Shown here piece after piece: positions 18,305 to 25,643 of a stretch of DNA of 32,000 bases. How positions within the stretch are numbered: position 1 is the stretch's first letter; each line of letters opens with the position of its first letter. Both the position numbers and the translations under genes were made by a program. Source of the stretch: a bacterium (GTDB lineage: Bacteria; Hinthialibacterota; Hinthialibacteria; Hinthialibacterales; Hinthialibacteraceae); assembly GCA_963662285.2 (NCBI GenBank), contig CAXXMV010000008.1:750083-782082 (forward strand), in the 5' to 3' direction. Below the pieces are notes generated by a model. The model was given only the letters and a program-made list of their open reading frames with translations, searched no databases and was not told the origin of the DNA.

Positions 18305-18710
18305 ACCTTGGGCGTCACCCATTCCAACGGCACGAGTCATCATCGTCAATGAAGAGGGCGCTGTATTGCTATTGAAACGTGGTGAGGGCGACTATGGTGC
18401 CGGTCTGTGGTGCTTACCCGGTGGGAAGGTGGATTATGGAGAATGCCTCAAGGAGGCGGCCCGTCGTGAACTGCATGAAGAAACATCGATCCACCCAGAC
18501 CATCTACGTTTTTTATTCTATCAGGATGGATTACCCAAATTTGATCAGGATATGCATTGCATCGAACTTTTTTTTCAATGCGTATACTCCGGTCCCGTCT
18601 CCGTCAATTGCGAATCCATCGATTTTGCCTGGGTTAAAGAGAAAGGAATACAAGATTATCCTATGGCTTTCAATCACGACCGAGCATTGAGCCGATATTG
18701 GGAAACATGA
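18279..18710 (+). CDS. Nudix hydrolase (small, single domain, near-canonical Nudix box)
   Basis: 143-aa ORF. The Nudix box GGKVDYGECLKEAARRELHEETSI (18420-18491) fits GX5EX7REUXEEXGU except for the final G, which is S. The start overlaps the upstream RSH gene by 26 nt. Confidence 0.85.
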   Translation: MKCIVKPSEPWASPIPTARVIIVNEEGAVLLLKRGEGDYGAGLWCLPGGKVDYGECLKEAARRELHEETSIHPDHLRFLFYQDGLPKFDQDMHCIELFFQCVYSGPVSVNCESIDFAWVKEKGIQDYPMAFNHDRALSRYWET

Positions 18711-19136
18711 TAAAAGTTGTCTGCTAAGTCTATCCGTTTTTTATGGATTGGATTGAGACACATTGCGGCAAAGGGATTTCCAATCGTGCAATCAAAATAT
18801 TGTCTATTTCTCAGTACTCATTTTAAGCTTGCCAGCAGCTTATAGCAGAACTTAAGTAATAATATAATGGAACATGCAATAAGATTAATGAATCCAGGAA
18901 TCTTACGCTTTTTTTGCTTTTATTATGTCTCTAGTAAATAAGCCGTGAAGTCAAAAAACTCATCCTACATGCAAGAGCTTCATATAAAACGGTTTGCGTT
19001 AACTATATTTTTGTAGGCTTGGCCTATTGAGTTTGTCTGCGTTTGCTGGAATGATAATTCTTTTGCTCAGTATATAGGATTATCTCTTCCCGTGCTGGAA
19101 TTCATTTTGAAACCTTGCCATTTGATTATCTGATTC

Positions 19137-19307
19137 ATGGCCTCGCATTTCAATCGCGAGCAGCAGCAAATCATTGAGTATCTGCAGGTTGAGAACGAGG
19201 TTCTCCGTGAAAAGTTGGAGAAAAAGTCCTTTTTTAACTATCCGATATTTTTATTGCCAGGTGAAACGGAGGTCGGCTCTGCTGGAGAGCAACCGGCCAA
19301 GGGATAA
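19137..19307 (+). pseudogene. Possible N-terminal fragment of a transposase (coiled-coil/HTH leader), decayed
   Basis: 56-codon ORF below the track cutoff: MASHFNREQQQIIEYLQVENEVLREKLEKK, then nonsense. The leader resembles the N-termini of integrase-core transposases as I remember them. The downstream frames are broken and abut the IS21 end. Confidence 0.3.
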
Positions 19308-19422
19308 CCTGGTGCGTTTGCGATGGGTGGAAACTGGGGGTGAACTTAAAAAGATTCGCTCCCTGATTCCTTTCAATTCCACCCGGAACATTCGCCCATG
19401 CCTCACAAAACTCAAATCATAA

Positions 19423-20214
19423 CTATGTGTTTTCTTCATCATGCGGTGTTGTTTCCTGTCCAGATTTAGTTTCCATCTTTTGCCGCGTCCGGTATGAGTT
19501 GCCTTTGGTGGTGAGAATATGAGCGTGGTGCACGAGGCGGTCCAGCAAGGCGGTGGTTAATTTCTCGCTGCCGAAAACCTGCACCCATTCACTGAAATCC
19601 AAGTTGGTCGTCACAATGGTCGAGCGGCGTTCGTATCGATCCGCCAAAAGATTAAATAGCAACTCGCCTTCGTGTTTGTTGAAAGGAGTGAATCCCAGTT
19701 CATCCACAATCAAAAGAGAAACGCTCAAATAGCGTTGATGCAAACGTCCCAGCGTCCGGTCATCTTTGGCTTCCACCAAATTCCTGACCAGTTCCGATGC
19801 TCTCACAAAAACCACCCTGCATCGACGCCGCGCCGCTTCCATGCCCAGCGCAATGGCCAAGTGTGATTTGCCCGTTCCGATTGGCCCCGCAATAATCACG
19901 TCATCCGCGCGATCAATAAATTCACCACTGGCCAGTTCGAGCACTTTCGGTTTGGATACCCCGCGCAATTTCTGCCAATCAATTTGATCAAGCGTTTTTT
20001 GATCGGGGAAACGGGCTTCCCGAATACGGCGCAAGGCGCTTTTCTCGCGTCGTTCGCGCACTTCCGACTCAAGCAACTGCTTGAGAAATTCTTCATAAGG
20101 CCAATCCCCATCCTGCGCATGACGCGCTAATTCCGGGTAAAGCCGCACCATGGCGCTGAGTTTAAGTTCTTTCCCATATTCTTCAATCACGGCTTTCAAG
20201 GCGCTATTATTCAT
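19423..20214 (-). CDS. istB: IS21 helper ATPase IstB
   Basis: Walker A is IIAGPIGTGKSHLAIALG and Walker B is LLIVDELGF; the AAA+ IstB-like sequence runs throughout. I prefer the ATG at 20214 (MNNSALKAV...) over the track start at 20241. Confidence 0.9.
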   Translation of the reverse strand: MNNSALKAVIEEYGKELKLSAMVRLYPELARHAQDGDWPYEEFLKQLLESEVRERREKSALRRIREARFPDQKTLDQIDWQKLRGVSKPKVLELASGEFIDRADDVIIAGPIGTGKSHLAIALGMEAARRRCRVVFVRASELVRNLVEAKDDRTLGRLHQRYLSVSLLIVDELGFTPFNKHEGELLFNLLADRYERRSTIVTTNLDFSEWVQVFGSEKLTTALLDRLVHHAHILTTKGNSYRTRQKMETKSGQETTPHDEENT

Positions 20215-21115
20215 GATCGCCTCCTCGCAACAAAAAATCATAATCGGCGGCGGTCGCTTTTTCGATCACATATTCTGCCAGTTCATCCGGCACGGGAATA
20301 GTTAGAGGCGCACTTTGATCAATGATATCCATTCGCCCCAACAGACCGGTTCGATCTGCGTCCAGTATGTCCTTAACAGCCTGACTGACCTCTTCCAAAG
20401 ATGAGTCCAGGATCGCTCTAAGCACTTTGGCCATTATGCGGGCGGCGTTAATTCCACCGTGTGATTTTTCCAGCAAGTTCCAGAAACGCTGAAATGGTTC
20501 GCCTAGTTCCGACATCAACTCCGGCGAAAGTTGACGGACTGCTTGCGGCTTTTTGGCGAATTCACGCAGGTAATGAACATAGCGAATCTGCCGCCCCGCT
20601 TGTTTTTTCTTTTCATAAATAACGGTGATCCCCTGGCAAACAATCCGTATTTCTTCCACGCCGACATAGGCCATCGCTTCCAGGCAAGCCCATTCCGAGG
20701 GCAGCGAATACTCGGTTCCCTCAATGATGGCGGTCGATTTACGGTTGATTGAAATGGGGAGCAAACGGCTTGGATCAAACGGATAAGGCGGCAGGGAATG
20801 TAAATAGCGCTGCTCTTCTTTGATCTTTTCCGCAACCGGTTTCCCGGCGCGATCCTTTTTGGATTGACGAAGTTTCTCAATGTCATGCAAGAGGGCTTGC
20901 GATAATTGGGCCAGCGAATCGCCGCGCGGAACCGGCGTGAGATGCTGCAAACGAATACCTTTACCCCGGCTTTCCACTCCGCCTTTGTCGTGTCCAACGC
21001 CAACCCGCGCAAAGCAGGGTTCGAATAAATAATGGCTCACCAAGGCGTGGAAGCGTCCGCTTAATTCACGGGCGGGATACATGATGCGTTTTACCGCCGC
21101 CGCCAGATCAACCAA
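20207..21115 (-). pseudogene. istA: IS21 transposase IstA, C-terminal ~300 aa only
   Basis: The track ORF begins at a TTG inside the end of the catalytic core (GHDKGGVESRGKGIR). The expected N-terminal HTH and first DDE residues are missing, and upstream sequence is an unrelated phage-like ORF on the other strand. Confidence 0.75.
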
Positions 21116-21138
21116 TCACAAGACAAAGGAGCATCGAC

Positions 21139-21537
21139 ATGACGGATAACAATTTACCAACATTTTACATGACAGAAGACGAACTCATTCCTGAGGGCGT
21201 TTATCAAACTGAATGCACCAAAGTGGAAAGCATCAAAAAGGGCAGATACATCAAGTTTACTTTCTGAATTTTGGATTATAGCCTTGAGAAAAACTTTGCG
21301 AATGGACTCTGCGAAACACGAAGCAACCGATCTTCCAGTTTCGTACGCTGGGTTAGGACGCTTTCGGGTATTGAATTCTCTAAAGACCAATCCTTCAACT
21401 TGAATGAGTTGCAGCATGACATTATTGGGAACCATTGCTTTGTTCGGATCAAGCATAAAGAAAAAGACGACCGTGTCTTTGATAACGTCGTAGCGGTTTA
21501 TCCGCACGATGATTCGCGATTCACAAAATCGTCATAG
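21139..21537 (+). pseudogene. Small phage-like hypothetical gene interrupted by one in-frame TGA
   Basis: The ATG at 21139 has a strong AAGGAG SD 8 nt upstream. After 42 codons (MTDNNLPTFYMTEDELIPEGVYQTECTKVESIKKGRYIKFTF) there is a TGA at 21265-21267. The same frame then continues into track ORF 21271-21537, which has no SD of its own. Confidence 0.4.
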
Positions 21538-21542
21538 GAGGA

Positions 21543-21770
21543 ATGAGACAAATGACTGTACCCGCTACCTTGAAAAAAGTCATAACGCCGGAAGGGAAAG
21601 TTTATTACGAGGGTTCTTTCCCTTCTTGTATATCCAAGAGCAAAGAGGATCTTAAAGTGATCGGTTACGATGAAGAAAATGTTCCATCTGAATTGCGTTC
21701 TATGGCGTCAAAAGTTCCAGCGAAAGATGGTAATTTTTATCTTTTCATTGAAGAACTGACCAAGAAGTGA
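21543..21770 (+). CDS. Hypothetical small protein (75 aa; start may be the ATG at 21552)
   Basis: An AGGAGG lies immediately upstream, and its spacing fits the second ATG (21552) better. I recognise no motif. Confidence 0.45.
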   Translation: MRQMTVPATLKKVITPEGKVYYEGSFPSCISKSKEDLKVIGYDEENVPSELRSMASKVPAKDGNFYLFIEELTKK

Positions 21771-21855
21771 TTCCGTACTGGATGGCCTTCGGTGAGGTAA
21801 TCGCTTCGCCGGAGCCGATGCGAAACAGAATTCTGATCGATCATGGAATAGACAG

Positions 21856-22044
21856 ATGAAAATAACAATAGATCTCTTCACACGTGAAGATGCAGCGAAA
21901 TACCTTCGCATATCAATTCGGTATCTCGACAAATTACTTTCCGATGGAGAAATACAGAAAGTCCAATACCGTCCCGGAGGGCGAGTATTCATTGACAAAG
22001 CGGATTTGGATGAATTTATCGAGAACAGCAAGCGATATGGCTAA
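21856..22044 (+). CDS. xis: Excisionase / AlpA-MerR-type HTH DNA-binding protein
   Basis: 62 aa: FTREDAAKYLRISIRYLDKLLSDGEIQKVQYRPGGRVFIDKADLDEFI is the typical Xis/HTH_17 pattern. It converges on the integrase gene and overlaps it by 4 nt. Confidence 0.7.
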   Translation: MKITIDLFTREDAAKYLRISIRYLDKLLSDGEIQKVQYRPGGRVFIDKADLDEFIENSKRYG

Positions 22045-23090
22045 TCGATTCTATCGATATCGCTATCCATCTCCTGAAGGTGCGCATAAATTTGCGTTGT
22101 AACTGAATCCTTATGACCCAACCATTTCTGTACTTTATAAAGGCTAACTCCAGCAATAGCCAACTGAGAAGCAAACGTATACCGCAACACGTGAGGGGTG
22201 GCATTATCCACACCGGCTGCGTTGCAGACTTTATCGAATCCTTTACGAAAATCGTATCGATACCGGTTTTGTTTCCGCTCCCTATCATCGGAGAATATGT
22301 ATCCGCTTTCTTCCCTGCAAGGTTCAAACTCTTCCTTGATTTTTGAGTGCATCGGAACCGTCCGATGTCGCCCGCTTTTGGGATTGAAATCCTCGCTCTC
22401 TTGGATAGTGATCGTCCGCCGTTCAAAGTCGAACCATTCCCACCAAATGAACGATATTTCCCGTTTCCGTAATCCTGCATAGATGCCCAATAGGAATACC
22501 CAATACCATTCTCTTCTCAGAGCCTTCGCCACTGCCAAGACTTTTTCGATCTCTTCACTGCTTAAAAATCTCGGCAATTTTTGGGGAACTTTGAATTTCT
22601 CGACTCCAGAACAGGGATTCCGGTCTAATTCTCTACATTTTACTGCTCTCCCCAAGATGGCGCTGATATGTCTGAGATGAATATTGACTGAAGTAGGGGA
22701 CGATCCAGCCTTCAACCTTTTCTGCTTAAAATCCTCAATGACGGCGGGAGTGATCTGTCTCAGTTTCTTCTTATTACCCAAAATCTCTAGAAGATACCGA
22801 ACCGCTTCTTTTTCAATGTTAATTGTAGATTGCCTTTTATGTTGAGCCGCGTATTCCCAATAACGATTAAGAAATGAATCGATATCGCTTTGACCTTGGG
22901 TTTCATGTCCATCAGAGGAAATAGCGAGTTGACGCTCCAGTTCCTTCACTCGTTCGAGCGCTTCCGACTTGATCCCCGTATGGAGATTCTTATGGAATTG
23001 CTTTCCACCTATTGAATAGTAACACCAATAGGACTTGTCATTCTTGCGTTTTTTGCGGATACGGACTTTAACCATGATTCCTCTCTCCAT
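22041..23090 (-). CDS. int: Tyrosine site-specific recombinase (phage-type integrase)
   Basis: 349 aa. The C-terminal catalytic signature is HVLRYTFASQLAIAGVSLYKVQKWLGHKDSVTTQIYAHL (His-x-x-Arg plus the Tyr nucleophile), with GLRKREI (Arg I) upstream. It sits next to the 3' end of a tRNA gene. Confidence 0.9.
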   Translation of the reverse strand: MERGIMVKVRIRKKRKNDKSYWCYYSIGGKQFHKNLHTGIKSEALERVKELERQLAISSDGHETQGQSDIDSFLNRYWEYAAQHKRQSTINIEKEAVRYLLEILGNKKKLRQITPAVIEDFKQKRLKAGSSPTSVNIHLRHISAILGRAVKCRELDRNPCSGVEKFKVPQKLPRFLSSEEIEKVLAVAKALRREWYWVFLLGIYAGLRKREISFIWWEWFDFERRTITIQESEDFNPKSGRHRTVPMHSKIKEEFEPCREESGYIFSDDRERKQNRYRYDFRKGFDKVCNAAGVDNATPHVLRYTFASQLAIAGVSLYKVQKWLGHKDSVTTQIYAHLQEMDSDIDRID

Positions 23091-23176
23091 TCATTATTAT
23101 ATGGAAATTCTATGGAAAGAGGCAAAGGGGGAGTTTCAGGAAAATTATAAGTCTTTATATTTCAATAAATTAAACA

Positions 23177-23250
23177 CGCGCCGGAAGGGACTCGAACCCC
23201 CAACCGCCTGATCCGAAGTCAGGTGCTCTATCCAATTGAGCCACCGGCGC
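23177..23250 (-). tRNA. tRNA-Arg (anticodon UCG)
   Basis: The reverse complement GCGCCGGTGGCTCAATTGGATAGAGCACCTGACTTCGGATCAGGCGGTTGGGGGTTCGAGTCCCTTCCGGCGCG folds as a cloverleaf. The acceptor stem is GCGCCGG/CCGGCGC and the D arm is GCTC/GAGC. The anticodon stem is CCTGA/TCAGG with loop CTTCGGA. The T loop is TTCGAGT. No CCA is encoded. Confidence 0.85.
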
Positions 23251-23347
23251 TGATTGAGATATTATTAACCAAAGTGGATTTTGGCCTTTTAACTCCTGGG
23301 GTCAAGCCCTTCATCATTTTGACAAGACAGTTATTCCACAAATTATT

Positions 23348-23384
23348 GTTGTACAGCGCCAAATCCTTGATGGCGCTGTACAAC
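23348..23384 (-). terminator. 14-bp perfect hairpin downstream of the oxidoreductase gene (probable terminator)
   Basis: GTTGTACAGCGCCA - aatccttga - TGGCGCTGTACAAC, 20 nt past the stop at 23404. It is followed on the minus strand by AATAATTTG, which is A/T-rich but not a classical U-tract. Confidence 0.5.
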
Positions 23385-23403
23385 TAATGTGTTGCATTCT
23401 GAT

Positions 23404-24681
23404 TTACAATATGATTTTATCTCTGGCTGAATCAAACTTGGCTACTTTACCTTCACGGAATCCAAGCATACCCATCTGCAAAGCAGTTTGGACATGATAA
23501 GCCAAGTCAGCAGTGCTTTGGGTTTCCAGTTTTCGCTCCCGAATGCATTTAAAGAAGTTTCTCCAATAGTCTTGGAAATTCTCGCCATGTTCAATGGGGA
23601 AACTTTTGGCTTTTTTATCAGAGCCTTCTGTCGGAGTAAATGTCACATCTTCTCCTGCCACCGTCAAAGTTCCATCCCAGCCGCGAATCACGGGTATGCG
23701 GTTTCCAGCGCCGCGCGATCCGGTAGTGGGGTGATTGTTGCCCTGGGTTCCCAAAACCACAACCGTAACTTTTTCGGGATAGTCGATCAGCATATTGAAA
23801 GTGTCGGGAATCTCTCTTTCCTGATAGCGGAACTTTCCACCGGTCGCTACAACCGTTTCCGGCATGGATAATCCAAGGATGCTAATAACAGGAGTCAATG
23901 AATGCGGAAACAGATCGGTCACCGGACCGCCGGCATAATCAGCGTACATCCGCCAACGGAAATAGCGGCTTACATCAAAAGGACGCTTGGGAGAATCGCC
24001 TAAGAAGGCATCCCAATTTATATCTTTACCTGGTTTAACATCGGGATCATCAATCGGCATGCCGCGTTCGCCCCAGTCTCCCACGCGGAAATAGCCGCAT
24101 TCAGCATGAAGCGGCTGCCCGATAAGGCCGTCTTGAACCAGCGTCTTCATCAGGCTCCATGCGCCGTCAGACATCCCCTGGGTTCCCAGTTGAAATACTC
24201 TTTTCGATTTGTTCACTTCCCACGCCAGTTTTTTAGTCAGTTCAAACTGGCGCCAGTGGGTGACTGGTTTTTCGCAATATACATCTTTGCCAGCCTGCAC
24301 AGCGTCTATCGCCTGATAACCATGAATATGATCCGGAGTGGCGATGCTCACGGCGTCAACCTCCGCATCAGCCAGCAGTTCGCGATGATCCATATATTGT
24401 TTTTTTACTTCAAATTTATCAGCGGCGCGTTGCATCCGTGGACGATATGAATCACACACGGCAACCACGCGGACATTACAATCTTGTTCTAATTCCTGCA
24501 CTACGCGAAGATGTGAATGCGCTCTGCCTCCAGCGCCAATCACGCCGAATCCAATACGGTCGTTGGCGCCCATTACGCGTGAAGATGATAACGCGGTAAT
24601 AGCAACAGCGGCGGACGCAGTACGATTTAGAAAGCCGCGCCGGTCAAGTTTTGATTGAGAATTTTTTGAATCTTTCAACAT
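23404..24681 (-). CDS. Gfo/Idh/MocA-family oxidoreductase with twin-arginine (Tat) signal
   Basis: 425 aa. The Tat motif is DRRGFLNRTASAAVAITAL, the Rossmann motif is IGFGVIGAGGRA, and EKP (YCEKPVT) is the family motif. Confidence 0.9.
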   Translation of the reverse strand: MLKDSKNSQSKLDRRGFLNRTASAAVAITALSSSRVMGANDRIGFGVIGAGGRAHSHLRVVQELEQDCNVRVVAVCDSYRPRMQRAADKFEVKKQYMDHRELLADAEVDAVSIATPDHIHGYQAIDAVQAGKDVYCEKPVTHWRQFELTKKLAWEVNKSKRVFQLGTQGMSDGAWSLMKTLVQDGLIGQPLHAECGYFRVGDWGERGMPIDDPDVKPGKDINWDAFLGDSPKRPFDVSRYFRWRMYADYAGGPVTDLFPHSLTPVISILGLSMPETVVATGGKFRYQEREIPDTFNMLIDYPEKVTVVVLGTQGNNHPTTGSRGAGNRIPVIRGWDGTLTVAGEDVTFTPTEGSDKKAKSFPIEHGENFQDYWRNFFKCIRERKLETQSTADLAYHVQTALQMGMLGFREGKVAKFDSARDKIIL

Positions 24682-24697
24682 AATTATCTCCCTTTTA

Positions 24698-25612
24698 TTA
24701 TTTAGATTTCAAATTATCGATCCAGGATTGATAAGCGGCGCCAATGACGTCCGGCTTGATTACGCCATCCCATACTGCGACGCCGTAAGTTAGATTCAAC
24801 GGATTGCCTTCAGTGATTTTGAATGGCTTCTCGTGATACAGCATTGTCGCGGATAGATAGGCGAATGAATTAACCATGTTAAACCACGTCGCTTGCCGGT
24901 AATTATCAGGGCTGTCAAACATGACAACGGTAACGGGATGATCTCCACTGTCAACTGTATACGAACACCACTTGGCGGGCGCTAACCGTTCTTCGCCTCT
25001 GAATATCTTTCCTTCAGTTCCCTCTGAATTGGTGAATTTTCCAACCTTATCCATCGATTCCAAGAAACGCATACCCAGTCCATAGTAATGTGAACCGGAA
25101 ATATCCACCGATGATTTTCCGGCAGCGGTTTTGAATTGAGATTGCCAGGTCAATAAAGTATAAGGCTTACTTTTATGAACTGTGACAGTGCGCAATTCAT
25201 CAAGAACCGCTTGATCAGAAGGCAGTTTCCAAGTGAGAAACTCAGAGAATCCAGCAGTTTGATCATTAAACAGAGTCTGATTAATTGAACAATGCACCTG
25301 TTTCCCGCCCTTGTCAGTCTCCTCCCAAAAACTTGCGCCCTCCACACTGAATGCAAACATCAAACTATGATGATGCAGATGGTCGCTGGGAGCATCGCGC
25401 AGAATATTAAAACCCTGGGGAGTAAATAATTCCTTAACGTATGGCTTAAAAGGAACCTGATCGTATTTATAGATCATCATAGGACGTTGGCCATCAAGTA
25501 CAGTGATCTGCTTTTCATCAGTAATCACCCGCAGAGATCCATCAGCCATCACATTCATACTGCCTATCACCAACAACAATAATATACTTAAAAAGACGCA
25601 TGTTTTATTCAT
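24698..25612 (-). CDS. Secreted DUF6807 / PmoA-like family protein
   Basis: I use the internal ATG at 25612 (MNKTCVFLSILLLLVIGSMNVMADG signal peptide, AAGGGG SD). The track start at 25729 overlaps the upstream gene by 86 nt. The His-rich motif is APSDHLHHHSLMF. Pairing with a Gfo/Idh/MocA gene is typical for this family. Confidence 0.65.
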   Translation of the reverse strand: MNKTCVFLSILLLLVIGSMNVMADGSLRVITDEKQITVLDGQRPMMIYKYDQVPFKPYVKELFTPQGFNILRDAPSDHLHHHSLMFAFSVEGASFWEETDKGGKQVHCSINQTLFNDQTAGFSEFLTWKLPSDQAVLDELRTVTVHKSKPYTLLTWQSQFKTAAGKSSVDISGSHYYGLGMRFLESMDKVGKFTNSEGTEGKIFRGEERLAPAKWCSYTVDSGDHPVTVVMFDSPDNYRQATWFNMVNSFAYLSATMLYHEKPFKITEGNPLNLTYGVAVWDGVIKPDVIGAAYQSWIDNLKSK

Positions 25613-25643
25613 GATTTTTTCCCCTTGAATCCGCAATAGCGTC

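Larger units (their letters stand above)
19423..21115 (-). mobile_element. IS21-family element remnant (istA 5'-truncated, istB intact)
   Basis: The istA'-istB order, with the istB ATG overlapping the istA stop (ATGAATAA at 20207-20214), is the IS21 hallmark. The HTH and most of the DDE domain of IstA are absent. I did not identify terminal inverted repeats. Confidence 0.8.

Noticed and set aside
18711-19136. A 426-bp AT-rich gap after the Nudix gene as a possible ncRNA, att site or retron-like element
   Set aside because: I found no stable extended hairpins, no repeat of the tRNA 3' end and no conserved-looking motif by eye. It is most simply degraded intergenic or mobile-element flank.
20515-21012. 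165-aa alternative-frame ORF within istA, and the similar 154-aa ORF at 22016-22480 within the integrase gene
   Set aside because: Both are out-of-frame overlaps of genes with clear family signatures (IstA C-terminus, tyrosine recombinase) and have no motifs of their own.
6266-21115. A composite transposon carrying the four-gene operon between the two IS remnants
   Set aside because: The flanking fragments belong to different IS families (IS3-like OrfA versus IS21 istA/istB). Both are truncated, and I could see no matching terminal repeats.
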